DNA of 64,000 nucleotides from the NCBI GenBank assembly GCA_046290225.1, contig JBKAGE010000076.1:48775-112774 (forward strand). The letters are read 5' to 3'. Origin of the DNA: Bradymonadia bacterium. Lineage in GTDB: Bacteria; Myxococcota_A; Bradymonadia; UBA7976; UBA1532. Below the pieces are notes generated by a model, which saw only the letters and a program-made list of their open reading frames with translations, was not told the DNA's origin and did no database searches. The position numbers and the translations under genes are program-made. Positions 1 to 11,200 of this stretch are shown here, one piece after another. How positions within the stretch are numbered: position 1 is the first letter of the stretch; the number at the start of each line of letters is the position of its first letter.

Positions 1-2
1 TA

Positions 3-1802
3 CAGCGTCTGTGCACCAAGGCTGAGACTACGAGCAGCTTCGGCCCCATCGCCAGCGGCCAGGTGGAGCATGGCGCCACTGGTGTGCACATGCGCCATGG
101 GCCTCGACTCATTACACAGGGCCGCGCCTATCCGTCGGGCTGGCTGGTCAGAGCTGTGGCGGCTCAGGGGGCTGTGCGCTTCGGCGACGCGTTGCCTGTG
201 AGGCCTGCCCTCGACGTCGTGACGTGCCCTGACGGCACGTACCGATATGTCGACGTGAGCCCCTTCGAGCGTCGTTGGTTGCCTGACGATGGTCTGCGGA
301 GCCGAACCCCGGCCACCCCTCGGCAACATGCTGACGGCTTGAGCGCCCTCGCCGAGTCCTGGTCACACATCGACCACCCGGAGATCCGCACCTTCGTCGG
401 CGACGTCGAGGCCCTGGCGGCTCAGATCCGCGCGTTCCCCCTCACCTCGGGCGCTGCACGCCGTGAGGCCCTCGCGGCCATCGCAACACAGGCCGAGGCC
501 CTCACAGGTGAGCCCGGGTACCGCGGCGCGGGTGAGATGTACGCCGATCGGATGCCCTTCTTCGAGGACTGTACTCGGGATGTTGAGCGGTTCGTCATCG
601 GGCACGACATCGTACAGGCCATGGCCCCACTCGGCGCCGCCCTCGATCTCTGGCTCGGTGCCGGGGTCTCTCAGAGGCTGCACCTCGCCGACATCCACCA
701 CACATGGCGCGCCCACTGTTTCCCCGAAGCCCTGCAAGGCGAGCCGGTGGACATGGGGGTGTTCCTGCAGCGATATCATCAGGCCCTGCAGGCTGAAACA
801 CTCGAAGACGCCATCTTCGCCAGCCAGCATCGGCTCAACCTCACCCCGCCCATGCCAAGAGCGCTGCTCGACGCCATCGACGCATCACCCGATGCCGTGT
901 GTCCCGTCGATCTCGAGGCCCTGCCCGGAGATCGTGGGCAGGAGCCCGCGGTCGCCTCTTTCGACGTACATCTGCTGCCCCCTTGCGATGGTCATGGCTG
1001 GCAGGTGGTTCTCGGCGAGGGTCATGCCATGGTGTGTGCCTTTCAGTTCTTCCTCGATGGCCTGCCCGATGAAGCAGAGTTCTACGCCGAGCTCGACGAC
1101 ATCTATCGCGCCGTCACCGACGACGAGGTGCTGCTCAAAACCTACGACACTTTCGACGCCAAACTCTCCTACCGGTATCTGTCACCTGCACTGGTGGACT
1201 TCGACCCTGGCGCTGAAGGCCCACCGGATCGGCCCAAGATCGGATGGGCTGATCTGAAACTGCACTTCGAAGAAGGTGGCTGGCATCTCTCCACCCCCGA
1301 TCCGAGAGCGGACCATCAAAGGCGCCGAGGGCGGTTTCTGCTCAAGGCGCCTCGAGAGCTGGGCCCCGAGCACGCGCTGCCGGGCGTGGCGCTACAGGGG
1401 AAGGGCCTCCCTCGCCCCGGTGTCGAGTCATCCCCGAGGGTGGTCGACGGCGATCTGGTACTCTTCAGGCGCACCTGGAGGCTGGCCCCAGAACAACTGA
1501 TGCGCTGTAACGCCCCCACCCGAGCGGCCACCTTTGCCCGAGTGCACCGGCTGAGATGCAGCCTCGAGATCCCGCGGTTCTTCTTCGTCAAGGCACCTGA
1601 TGAGCCCAAGCCCATCTGGATCGACGCCTTGAACCCGGTGGCCATCGACCTGCTGATCTCGCTGGCACGTCACAGCGACCGCCCGCTGATCTGCTCGGAA
1701 ATGCTCCCTGACCCCAGTCAGCTCTGGTTTAGAGACGACCGTGGGCGCTACGTCTGTGAGCTCCGCGCGAATCTATACCGACGCCAGGTGAATCATCGGT
1801 AG
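3..1802 (+). CDS. Lantibiotic dehydratase N-terminal (glutamylation) family protein, small LanB / PEARL-like; 5'-truncated by window edge
   Basis: Frame is open from base 3 (QRLCTKAETTSSFGPI, resembling the LanB QRxCxKxxTxxxFGP motif). It contains LGEGH and ends with PRFFFVK..EPKPIWID..SEMLPDPSQLW..RYVCELR, typical of small LanB proteins. No fused elimination domain. Confidence 0.8.
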   Translation, partial: QRLCTKAETTSSFGPIASGQVEHGATGVHMRHGPRLITQGRAYPSGWLVRAVAAQGAVRFGDALPVRPALDVVTCPDGTYRYVDVSPFERRWLPDDGLRSRTPATPRQHADGLSALAESWSHIDHPEIRTFVGDVEALAAQIRAFPLTSGAARREALAAIATQAEALTGEPGYRGAGEMYADRMPFFEDCTRDVERFVIGHDIVQAMAPLGAALDLWLGAGVSQRLHLADIHHTWRAHCFPEALQGEPVDMGVFLQRYHQALQAETLEDAIFASQHRLNLTPPMPRALLDAIDASPDAVCPVDLEALPGDRGQEPAVASFDVHLLPPCDGHGWQVVLGEGHAMVCAFQFFLDGLPDEAEFYAELDDIYRAVTDDEVLLKTYDTFDAKLSYRYLSPALVDFDPGAEGPPDRPKIGWADLKLHFEEGGWHLSTPDPRADHQRRRGRFLLKAPRELGPEHALPGVALQGKGLPRPGVESSPRVVDGDLVLFRRTWRLAPEQLMRCNAPTRAATFARVHRLRCSLEIPRFFFVKAPDEPKPIWIDALNPVAIDLLISLARHSDRPLICSEMLPDPSQLWFRDDRGRYVCELRANLYRRQVNHR

Positions 1803-1964
1803 GTCCAGGCGGGGCCTAAATCGCTCAAAAAACATCCCAACCCCCCCGTTCTGTATCTACAGATGGTGATTTTTGGGCCCGAGCATCACACGACTCAATA
1901 AACACGAAACCATTTTCGGCCTTATGACATCAGATCCCGGTGGTCCCATGGTGGAGACAACGGC

Positions 1965-4067
1965 ATGAACATCTCGGTCAAGGCAGGCGACACCCCACTG
2001 CTCAGCGGCCTCGCCGCTGCGCTGTGCGAGGCTCTCGGCGCGCCAGCACCGGCAGAACTCGATCTGCTCATCGGAGGTCGGCTCATCGACGCCGATCTCG
2101 ACCCCGAGCTGCGCCTCGAAGAAGCGCTTCAAGCCACGGGGCTTCGACCCAGTCAGATCCACGCCACCCTCACCGAAGCCCGCTGGTCCAGCGATCCTCT
2201 GGTGGCTCGAGCACCCGCATCGGACCACTCGATCCGCTGGGTGGCCATCATCGGCGCCCGCCGGCGCAAGCTGAAGGTGGTCATCGCTGATCAGTCCGGC
2301 ATCCGCCGCCGGCTGATGACCATGAAGGACACGGCCCAGCTGCTCGGCCTGACCGATCACCGCACCCCTGTGGCCTTCATGCAGGTCGAGGCGGCTCTGC
2401 CCCTCGAAGCTCTGCGACTCAGCGGCGCCCACCCCAACCCCTGGGAGCGGGTGAGGGCCCTGATGCGCCTCGAGCGTCAGGAGATCAGCACCCTCGTCGT
2501 CTACGCCGTGGTGGTGGGCTTCTTGAGCCTCGCCACGCCGGCGGCGGTGCAGACGCTGGTGAACACGGTGGCCTTCGGCACGCTGCTGCAACCCCTGGTG
2601 GTGCTCACAGCGGTGCTCTTCATCTGTCTGGCCTTCTCCGGCGTGCTCCGGGTGTTGCAGTACTATGCCGTGGAGATTTTGCAGCGGCGCCTGTTCGTAC
2701 GGGTGGTGCTCGATCTCGCAGGGCGCCTGCCCCAAGTCGACGAGCGCATGCTGGGCAAATACAACATGCCCGAGCTGGTGAACCGCTTCTTCGATGTGGT
2801 CACGGTGCAGAAGTCGGCCTCGAAGCTGCTCCTCGACGGCCTCGAGCTGGGTCTGCAGACCCTCATCGGCATGATCTTGCTGGCTCTGTATCACCCCTTG
2901 CTGCTGGCCCTCGACGTGGTGCTCATCGGCGCCATGCTCGTGGTGCTCTTCGTCATGGGGCGCGGATCGAGCCGCACCGCCCTCGCGGAGTCGGACGCCA
3001 AGTACGCCGTGGCGGCGTGGCTCGAAGACGTGGCGGCGCAGCCTCAGGTCTTCCGGTCAGGCAAGGGGGCCCAGGCGGCCCTGGAGCGGGCCAACGGCCT
3101 CGCCACCACCTACCTCGCCCGGCGCAATGACCACTACCGCATCGTGTTGCGACAGTTCATGGGCGGCGTGGGCATTCAGGTGGTGGCCAACACCCTGGTG
3201 CTGGGCATCGGCGGCTGGCTGGTGCTCGACGGGCAGCTCACCCTGGGTCAGCTCGTGGCCTCCGAGCTCATCGTCGCCCTCGTGGTGGCCGGTATGGCCA
3301 AGATCGGCAAGCAGCTCGAGACCCTCTACGATCTCGTCGCCGGCCTCGCCAAGATCGGCAAGCTCGTCGACCTGCCCCTCGACCACAGGCGCGATCACGC
3401 CAGCTCGTCACCTTCGGGCACCGCCCTCACGCTGCAAGACGTGGCTCTGCCCTCTGGCGTGAAGATCCCCGACATGGAGATGCGCCCTGGTGATCGCCTG
3501 CGCGTGCTGGCCACCATGCCCGACTGTCGGCGGCAGTTCCTCGGCGCCCTCGAGGGCCAGGTGCCCCTGGCCAAGGGCAGGATCCAGCTCAACGGTGAAG
3601 ACGTGCAGCGGCTGTCGCCCATGAACCTCGGGGACCACGTGGCCCGCATCGAGGGCCCGGCGCCGGTGAACGGCACCATCCTCGAGTACCTTACCCTGGG
3701 CCTCGACGGGGTTCGGGGCACCGAGATCGACGCCGCCCTCGAGGCTGTGGATCTGCTCGAGACGGTGGGCCGTCTACGGGGCGGCCGGGCCACGCGCCTG
3801 ATCTCCAGTGGCGCCCCTTTGAGCCCGGAGCGCTGTGCCCTGCTCGCCGTGGCCCGGGCCCTGCTCGCAGGGCCCCAGGTGCTCATCATCGACGACTGGC
3901 TCGACCGCTTGCCCCCAGAGCAACGCCGCCGCGTGCTCGACAACCTGAGCGCGTGGCCTCAACCCATGGTGCTCATCATCGCCACCCACCTCCCCTCGGA
4001 CGCGTGCCCGTGGGATCACAGCGTGTGCCTGCAGGTGGGCAGCGACATCAACGGCGAGGAGGCCTGA
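1965..4067 (+). CDS. Type I secretion-like ABC exporter (membrane domain plus degenerate ATPase domain)
   Basis: Six-helix ABC membrane domain (LSLATPAAVQTLVN, LTLGQLVASE); C-terminal ABC fold with LIIDD but no canonical Walker A or LSGGQ; upstream GGAG. Confidence 0.85.
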   Translation: MNISVKAGDTPLLSGLAAALCEALGAPAPAELDLLIGGRLIDADLDPELRLEEALQATGLRPSQIHATLTEARWSSDPLVARAPASDHSIRWVAIIGARRRKLKVVIADQSGIRRRLMTMKDTAQLLGLTDHRTPVAFMQVEAALPLEALRLSGAHPNPWERVRALMRLERQEISTLVVYAVVVGFLSLATPAAVQTLVNTVAFGTLLQPLVVLTAVLFICLAFSGVLRVLQYYAVEILQRRLFVRVVLDLAGRLPQVDERMLGKYNMPELVNRFFDVVTVQKSASKLLLDGLELGLQTLIGMILLALYHPLLLALDVVLIGAMLVVLFVMGRGSSRTALAESDAKYAVAAWLEDVAAQPQVFRSGKGAQAALERANGLATTYLARRNDHYRIVLRQFMGGVGIQVVANTLVLGIGGWLVLDGQLTLGQLVASELIVALVVAGMAKIGKQLETLYDLVAGLAKIGKLVDLPLDHRRDHASSSPSGTALTLQDVALPSGVKIPDMEMRPGDRLRVLATMPDCRRQFLGALEGQVPLAKGRIQLNGEDVQRLSPMNLGDHVARIEGPAPVNGTILEYLTLGLDGVRGTEIDAALEAVDLLETVGRLRGGRATRLISSGAPLSPERCALLAVARALLAGPQVLIIDDWLDRLPPEQRRRVLDNLSAWPQPMVLIIATHLPSDACPWDHSVCLQVGSDINGEEA

Positions 4068-4068
4068 A

Positions 4069-5421
4069 ATGAACGGACACGCCCCCCGCATCCGCGGTGA
4101 ATCAGCTCTGCGCCGGGTCAAATCGCCCCGCATGGTGGGCAAGATGGCCCGGGCCCTCGCCTGGATCATCCCCGGCGGCATCCTCACCATGGCCTTCGTG
4201 CCCTGGCAGCAGACCGCCAAGGGCTTCGGCCGCGTGATCGCCTACGCCCCCCTGGAGCGCACCCAGGCCATCACGGCTCCCCTCGACGGCCGCGTGACCG
4301 AATGGAAGGTCCAGGAAGGCGACCTCGTCAATGAGGGCGATCTCATGGCGGTGATCGCCGACAACGATCCTGATCTGCTCGATCGCTTGGGACAGGAGCT
4401 TACGGCAGTCAAGACGTCCATCCACGCCAACCAGGCCTCTGCCCATGCCCTCGAGAAGCAGATCGAAGCTCTGGAAGAGGCCCGTACGCTGGCGCTCTCC
4501 GCCGCAGAGGCCAACGTCAAGGTGGCTCAGCAGAAGGTCCGGGCCCAGAAGCGCGCCCTCGAGGCAGAGCAGGCGGTGTATCGCACGGCGAAGCTCAATC
4601 TGACCCGCCGGGAGAAACTGGGCAAAGAGGGGCTGGTCTCACAGCGTGATCTCGAGCTCGCCGAGCTGTCTGCGGCGAAGGCCCGGACCTCGGTGGCCAA
4701 AGCCAAGGCTGCCCTCGAAGCAGCACGGGGCTCGGTGCTGAGCAAAGAGGCCGAGCGAGAGCAGAAAGCCGCTGACAACCTCGCCAAGATCGCCAAGGTT
4801 CGGTCTTCGCTGGAGAAAGCGCGCTCTGACCTGGCCAAAGCCAACGCCGATCGGATCAAGGTGGAGACGAAGCTTGCCCGTCAGGCCCGCATGGAGGTCC
4901 GGGCCCCGAGAGACGGCACGGTGCTGCGCCTCATCGTCCGGGCCAACACCGAGTTCGTGAGCCCTGGTGATCCCATCGCCACCCTGGTGCCCGAGAGCAC
5001 CGATCGGGCGGTGGAGCTCTGGGTGTCGGGGAACGACGCGCCGCTGGCAGCGCCCGGGCGCAAGGTGCGCCTGCAGTTCGAAGGCTGGCCTGCGGTGCAG
5101 TTCTCTGGCTGGCCCTCGGTGGCCGTGGGCACCTTCGGCGGCGTCGTGGCCTTCGCCGACGCCACCGCCGACGCCTCCGGCCGGTTCCGGGTGGTGGTCC
5201 GCCCTGATCCGGACGACAACCCCTGGCCCGTGGACAACACCTTGCGTCAGGGGGTCCGGGCCAATGGCTGGGTGCTCCTCGATCAGGTCACCATCGGCTT
5301 CGAGCTGTGGCGTCAGCTCAACGGCTTCCCCGCCTCGGTCCCCGCAGATGATCCGCTGCTGCAGACCGGCGACAAAGACGGCAAGAAAAAGAAGAAGAAA
5401 AAGAAGAAGGACGACAAGTGA
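4069..5421 (+). CDS. HlyD family membrane fusion protein
   Basis: N-terminal TM, lipoyl half-motifs (ITAPLDGRV..V.EGD; VRAPRDG), long coiled coil, VRLQFEGWPAVQFSGWP motif. Confidence 0.92.
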   Translation: MNGHAPRIRGESALRRVKSPRMVGKMARALAWIIPGGILTMAFVPWQQTAKGFGRVIAYAPLERTQAITAPLDGRVTEWKVQEGDLVNEGDLMAVIADNDPDLLDRLGQELTAVKTSIHANQASAHALEKQIEALEEARTLALSAAEANVKVAQQKVRAQKRALEAEQAVYRTAKLNLTRREKLGKEGLVSQRDLELAELSAAKARTSVAKAKAALEAARGSVLSKEAEREQKAADNLAKIAKVRSSLEKARSDLAKANADRIKVETKLARQARMEVRAPRDGTVLRLIVRANTEFVSPGDPIATLVPESTDRAVELWVSGNDAPLAAPGRKVRLQFEGWPAVQFSGWPSVAVGTFGGVVAFADATADASGRFRVVVRPDPDDNPWPVDNTLRQGVRANGWVLLDQVTIGFELWRQLNGFPASVPADDPLLQTGDKDGKKKKKKKKKDDK

Positions 5422-7007
5422 TCACATCGTGGTGTCTGGTGGCCTTGCTGGGCGCCCCCCCTGTGGGTGACGTGCCTGCAGCAGATGTGTCACCTGCGGA
5501 TGCGCTCACAACCAGCAAACCTGCTGGCAAAGAATCTTCTGACAAGACCCCCTCTCGCGAGGTGCCCTCCAAGGACAACCTGCCTCGAGTCGACAAGTTG
5601 CCTCGACCGTCTTCGCTCGACGTCTTCGAAGAAGATCTGCTCGCTGTCGAGAGCGGCACCCTCACCTCGGGTGAAGCGCTGACGCTGAACCAGGTGATGG
5701 GCACGGTGGATGATCATCACCCGATGCTCCGGGCAGCACAGGGCAAGATCGACGAGGCCGAGGGCAAGCGCTTCTCTGCAGAGGGTGGCTTCGATCTCAA
5801 GCTGAAGGCTGGCCAGAAGCTGATCCCCTTCGGCAAGGACGAGTACGGCCACACCGAAGCCATGGTGGAGCAGCCCACCACCTTGTGGGGCACCACCTTC
5901 TTCGGCGGCTACCGTCGCAGCAGCGGCGAGGTGCCTGCCTACGCTGGCGATCTGGAAACAGTGGGGGCCGGTGAGGCCGTGGTGGGGGCGAAGATCCCCC
6001 TGTGGCAGGGTGGCGCCATCGATCGTCAGCGCGCCGACTTGCAGCAGACCGGTCTCGGTATCCGCATCGCCGAGCTGAGCCGACAGAAGATGCAGCTGAA
6101 GCTCTACGGCGGCGCCGCAGAGGCCTACTGGAAGTGGGTGGCCGCCGGCCACGTGTTGCGCATCAGGCAGCATCTGCTCGAGGTGGCCCAGCTGCGCATG
6201 AAGCAAATCGAAGATCGCGTCGCCCGTGGTGATTTGCCGGAGATCGATCGCATCGACAACCAGCGCTCGATCTTGAAGCGCGAGTCGAGCCGGGTGAAGG
6301 CCACCCGAAAACTGCAGGAGGCGGCCCTCAAGCTCTCGCTGTACGTGAGAGATGGCGACGGTCGCCCACGGCAGCCGCTGCTCAAGAGCCTGCCCCCCAA
6401 GATCCCCATGGCGCCTGATCTGCCGGCCACCGAGGTGGGCGGCGACGTCGAGGCCGCTCAACGCCGCCGACCAGAGCCGGCGCAGATCGAGCTGGCCCGA
6501 GATCAGCTGCAAATCGAGGTGGATCTCGCCGACAACCAGACGGCCCCTCAGATCGACTTCACCGTGGCGGGCATCGAGCCCCTCGAGGAAGACAAGAAGT
6601 TCAAGACCGAGCTCGAAGCCGGGGTGAAGTTCACCATGCCCCTGCAGCGCCGCAAGGCCCGGGGTAAGCGCGCGGCCGCTCAGGCCGCCAAGACCCAGCT
6701 CGAGGCTGAATCCACCTTCCTCAACGAGCGTATCGCCGTCGAGGTGGCCGACGCCCGCTCGGCCCTCGAAGCCGCCGCCCAGCAGGTCGAGGTGGCCCGT
6801 CAGGAGCTGAAGGTGAGCCGCCTCGTGGAAGACGCAGAGCACACCCGCCTCGATCTGGGGGCGAGCACGCTTCTGGTGGTGAACTTGCGGGAGCAGGCCA
6901 CCGCCGACGCCGCCGAGCGCTTCGTACAGGCCCTCGCCGAGCAGCACATCGCCTACGCCCGCTGGCGGCTGGCTCAAGGTGTGTGGGTGCCCGAGCCCAG
7001 GCAGTGA
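5418..7007 (+). CDS. TolC family outer membrane efflux protein
   Basis: Signal-like N-terminus, OEP-like helical repeats (AAEAYWKW; G.STLLVVNLRE); GTGA overlap with the HlyD gene stop. Confidence 0.88.
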   Translation: MITSWCLVALLGAPPVGDVPAADVSPADALTTSKPAGKESSDKTPSREVPSKDNLPRVDKLPRPSSLDVFEEDLLAVESGTLTSGEALTLNQVMGTVDDHHPMLRAAQGKIDEAEGKRFSAEGGFDLKLKAGQKLIPFGKDEYGHTEAMVEQPTTLWGTTFFGGYRRSSGEVPAYAGDLETVGAGEAVVGAKIPLWQGGAIDRQRADLQQTGLGIRIAELSRQKMQLKLYGGAAEAYWKWVAAGHVLRIRQHLLEVAQLRMKQIEDRVARGDLPEIDRIDNQRSILKRESSRVKATRKLQEAALKLSLYVRDGDGRPRQPLLKSLPPKIPMAPDLPATEVGGDVEAAQRRRPEPAQIELARDQLQIEVDLADNQTAPQIDFTVAGIEPLEEDKKFKTELEAGVKFTMPLQRRKARGKRAAAQAAKTQLEAESTFLNERIAVEVADARSALEAAAQQVEVARQELKVSRLVEDAEHTRLDLGASTLLVVNLREQATADAAERFVQALAEQHIAYARWRLAQGVWVPEPRQ

Positions 7008-7014
7008 TCGCCCC

Positions 7015-8163
7015 TCAACGCTGAGCGAGCATCGCCTTGGCCCACGCCCGCACCACCGCCGCAGCCAGCTCACCCTGCTTCAGCCCCGCCGCATGGCGCT
7101 CCACACGACGAAATGCGGCCTCGAGATCTGATTTCGATACTCCGAAGTACAACCGCTCGAAAGTATCCTGGGCCTGCCCCAGACGCACACGATATGCCGC
7201 CATCTCTGGTGCGTTGGCGCTGGCGAGCGCGATGAGGGAGACAGCATGGCCTACATGCACCTTGGCCTCGGGTACGCGCCCAGTTTGTGATCGCTGCACC
7301 GCGAGCATCAACAACGCCTCCCCCCACTGCAGCTGCATGGCCGGATCTTCCGGGTGCTGCTCGTAGAGCCCACGGGCGAGCAGCTCTGCCTCTTCGAGAG
7401 TCTCCGCAGCCTGGGGGAACGCCTTCTCGGCCATGTACAAGCGCCCCACCTGAAGCAAGGTGTGGCACAGGCGCTCTCGGTGCACCGACTTGCCAGGCTC
7501 GGCTTCGAGGATGGCCCGGGAGATCTTTGAAGCCTCGACATAGGTCTGCTGCCCAGCGAGGTTGTCACCTCCCATCACCTGAGCGCCAGCGATGCCCCTC
7601 AGCGCGTTGGCCCGCATGACCATGGTCTCAGGAGATGATCCCTGCACGAGCATCAGCATCTGGGCCTGTTGGTCGAGGTTGCGATAGGCCGCCATGGCTT
7701 TGCCGGCCTGCTTCAAGGCGATGTGGACGTCGCCGAGTCGACGAAAGGTGGCCCCCAACATGTGCCGCCACGCCAGGGCGGTGTTCGTGGGCAACGTCAG
7801 CAGCGACTGCATCTCGGTGATGGCCGCGGTGAAGTGATTCACCGCCTGCGCGTAGGCACCGTTGTTCTTCGCCATGATGCCCAGGCGGCCGTGGTAACGG
7901 AACACGAGCTCTCGGGCCACGAGATCGTCGGGCTTCACCTTCAAGTGACGGCGGGTGTCGGCGAGGCCCTGGCGATATCGCTTCTCAGCAGCAGCCTCGT
8001 CTCGATCGAAGAGCGCGTCGCCTTCAGCGATGCCCGCCTTTGCACGGGCCAGCAGCAGATCTGTCTCAGAGGTTGTGGGAGGCACTGCGGGGCCAGCCAG
8101 GGCAGGGCTCCGAGGTGGAGAGATCGCGCCCATCAGCGCTGCGAGACAGCAGACAACCCTCAT
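7015..8163 (-). CDS. Secreted tetratricopeptide-repeat protein
   Basis: Signal peptide-like start and repeated helical TPR-like units (LGDVHIALKQAGKAMAAY; VGRLYMAEKAFPQAAETL). Confidence 0.7.
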   Translation of the reverse strand: MRVVCCLAALMGAISPPRSPALAGPAVPPTTSETDLLLARAKAGIAEGDALFDRDEAAAEKRYRQGLADTRRHLKVKPDDLVARELVFRYHGRLGIMAKNNGAYAQAVNHFTAAITEMQSLLTLPTNTALAWRHMLGATFRRLGDVHIALKQAGKAMAAYRNLDQQAQMLMLVQGSSPETMVMRANALRGIAGAQVMGGDNLAGQQTYVEASKISRAILEAEPGKSVHRERLCHTLLQVGRLYMAEKAFPQAAETLEEAELLARGLYEQHPEDPAMQLQWGEALLMLAVQRSQTGRVPEAKVHVGHAVSLIALASANAPEMAAYRVRLGQAQDTFERLYFGVSKSDLEAAFRRVERHAAGLKQGELAAAVVRAWAKAMLAQR

Positions 8164-8222
8164 CGATGCTCCTGGAAGGATCCGCGGAGCAAACGATCAA
8201 CAGAGGCGGCCCATTCTGCCAA

Positions 8223-11200
8223 TCATCGAGGCAACGCGATCAGGCGGAACCGTTCCCATGCATGATTGCTCGGGCGGTTGGCCACCAACGGCTCACCACC
8301 GCCATTCTCTGCGGTGACGAACTGCTGTGTCGTCGCCGTGCGGAGCGAGATCGTGCCATCGGCGTTGGGCACGAGGTCGAAGCGCTCATGGGACAGAATC
8401 CAGCTGCGATCAGCGAGGAGCTGCCCACCACCACCGTTCACCGCCCTGACATACTCACCGTCGTGACGCAGCGCGATCTCGAGCCCACCGAGGTTGACGA
8501 AGTCGAAGGTGGTCGAGGCGTCGACCTGCGTCCCGGTGAGGGCGATGCCATTGGGCGTCACCTGCACATAGCGGCCGTCTACCCCCTGAATCGCCACTGG
8601 GGTGCCTGCCAGATCGACGAGGGTGAAGCGGGTGTCCTGGGCCCCTTGCGCCCCATCGGCGACGAGCAGGCCGTCCTCACCATCACGCAGGTGGTGCGCC
8701 CCGCCCGTGCTCAGCGCCACGAAGCCAAAGCCCAGCTCGATCAAGTCGAACTTCTCCCACGACCTGAGCCACCGCGCGTCGCTGTACACCTCACCGTCAT
8801 CCCCACCTTCGACCCCGACGAAGCGGCCGTTGGGCAACCGCAAGCCCACCTGTTCTTCACCCACGGACACCATCTGTAGAGGCAACGGTGCGATGGCGTC
8901 GGAGATCATGCTGCCGTCGGGATCCTGCCCGACGAAGAAGCCCTCGGCGGTCTGCAGCGCCACAGGACCTGCGTCGAGGGCCTGCAGCTCGAACATCTCC
9001 CAGAAGCCCACATCTGCCTGATAGGCGAGGATCTCACCGTCCGGGCTGACACCCACGTATCGATCATGGACCGTGCGCAGCGCCACACGGCCGTTCCCCT
9101 GAGGCTCCAAGGTGAAGATCTCCCAGGGGCCGATCCACGGCGTGTGCACAGTGAGTGATCCCCACAGATCATCTTCGGCGGTGATGAAGTGGCCGTTGTC
9201 GCCCTTGAAAGCCACCTGATTGTTGCCGAGCTCGATCATCTCGAAGGTGCTGCTCTCGTCGAGGTAGGGCATATCGGCTTCGGGGTGGTCGCCCCACGAG
9301 AACACGGTGGTCTGCCCGATGCCCATGTCGATGAGAAACTGCAGGTGCACGTATCGATGGTTTCGGGCCATGAGGGCCACCTTGCGCCCGGAGCGCGACA
9401 CCGACGCATAGGCCTCGGGGTCGAACATGTTCAGCGCGCCCTGGCCGCCGATGGCCTCACTCACCGAGAGGGTGTGGCCCGCTTCCCCAAAGGGGGCGGC
9501 GGACCAGACATCCCGGTCGAAGAAACAGAAGTCGTCGAGATCTTCCACAAAGCCTGCGCCAGGGCCCTCACCGACATTGTTGTGGCCCAACCCGCTGAGG
9601 GCTCTGCACACCTGCATGCCCGCCGGGGGCTGGGGCTGATCCGCCGAGCCATAGACCTCGATCTGACGAGAGAGACCACAGCCGTTCACGTGATCCATGA
9701 GCCCGCCAGGGACCAGCGCCGAAGGGGCCGGCAAATGATCGGCGGATCGGTCGAGATACAGCGTGTGGGTCCCCGCGGCGGGATACACCTGGATGTGGTG
9801 GCCACCCTGGAAGATCGGATCACTGATCGCGAGGTGTGCACACGATGCGTGCGTGCACTCGGCGCCGGAGCCTGCCACCCACCGATGACGATCACCCACC
9901 TGAGCGCTCACGAGGGTGAACATCGACTGACCCGCATGCTCGGTCCGCCGCACGTGCAGCTTCACAGTGGCCGTGTCGCGCCAGTGCGCAGCTGTGTCCA
10001 AGGGCAGGTAGCCACCGTCCTGTTCGAAGAGCATGAGGTAGCGCAGCTGCACGATCTCACCAGCCTCACCGAGATCTCGAATGGGGCTCACCCGGAGCAG
10101 GGTCGCGGGCTCGTGGGGTCGCCGAGCGTGCTCGTCGCTGTCGAAACGTACGTAGGGGGCGAAGTACTGCCCCAAGGCGTTCTCCACTGCATCGGCGAGG
10201 CCGTCGCCATCGGCATCGGCCTGATCGGCAAAGGCAGGGGGCGTGTACGTCAGGCCTGGGCGCTGCTCGGTCTGGATGACCCTGTACGCGTAGACGTCAT
10301 CGGTGGCCACCATCGCGATCAGCTCGTCCTTGCCGTCTTCGTCGATGTCGTACGCCGTGAGCGCCGCCGCTGCGGTGTGCTCGAGGCTGGGGATGTGCCA
10401 TGTGTCCTCAAAGGCCCCTGCCACACCACTGCCGTGCAGCTGATGGCTGATCTTGAGCCTCAGCTCTTCCCGGCCACACGGCGCATCGTTGGCCAGCAAC
10501 GCCAGCCCGGGCGCCCCGTCGCCGTCGAAGTCACCGATGGCGATGCCCGCACCGCGGGCTACATCACCGAGACCCGCGATTTCCACCTGATGACCCATCG
10601 ACCCCGGGGCGCCGAGGGCGCCGAGATCTCGAGCCACTCGATACCGGAAGCTGTTGGGCCCGTTGGGGTTGTCGTAGGCCATGACCAGCATCTCGGGACT
10701 GCCGTTGCCGTCGAGATCCGCGGTGCTGATGCCCGCCCCTTGAGCCTCGTTGCCCAGCCCGGGCAGCGTCAGCACGTCGCTCTGATCGAGTGTGTTGAAG
10801 AGGCCACCCCCGCTGGTGGCGTAGACCTGGTAGCGGAAGCTGTTGGCGCCCTGGGGGTTGTCGTTGGCCATGAAGATCAGCTCGTCATAGCCATCCTGGT
10901 TCAGATCGATCAGCTCGACGCCGGCCCCTTGACCCTGATGCCCGAAGCCGTTCATGACCGTGTGCCAGTCCCAGTCATCCGTGTGCCCGGCATGATCGAG
11001 GTTCCACCCGATGCGCACATAGAACTGATTGGGGCCGCTGTGGGGATCCCCGTTCTCGTCGAGATAGACCACCGCCACGAGATCGGGCCGGGGATCGTCG
11101 TCGAGTTGCCCCACGGCCACCCCAGCCCCCTGTGGCGTGCCGGAAATCTGCTCGATGGTGTGCCACTGCGTGGTCGTGTAGCACTCGGTCCCGGAGCTGA

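Noticed and set aside
5490..7073. 527-aa minus-strand ORF
   Set aside because: Antisense shadow of the TolC gene; such ORFs are common in high-GC DNA and it has no recognisable motifs.
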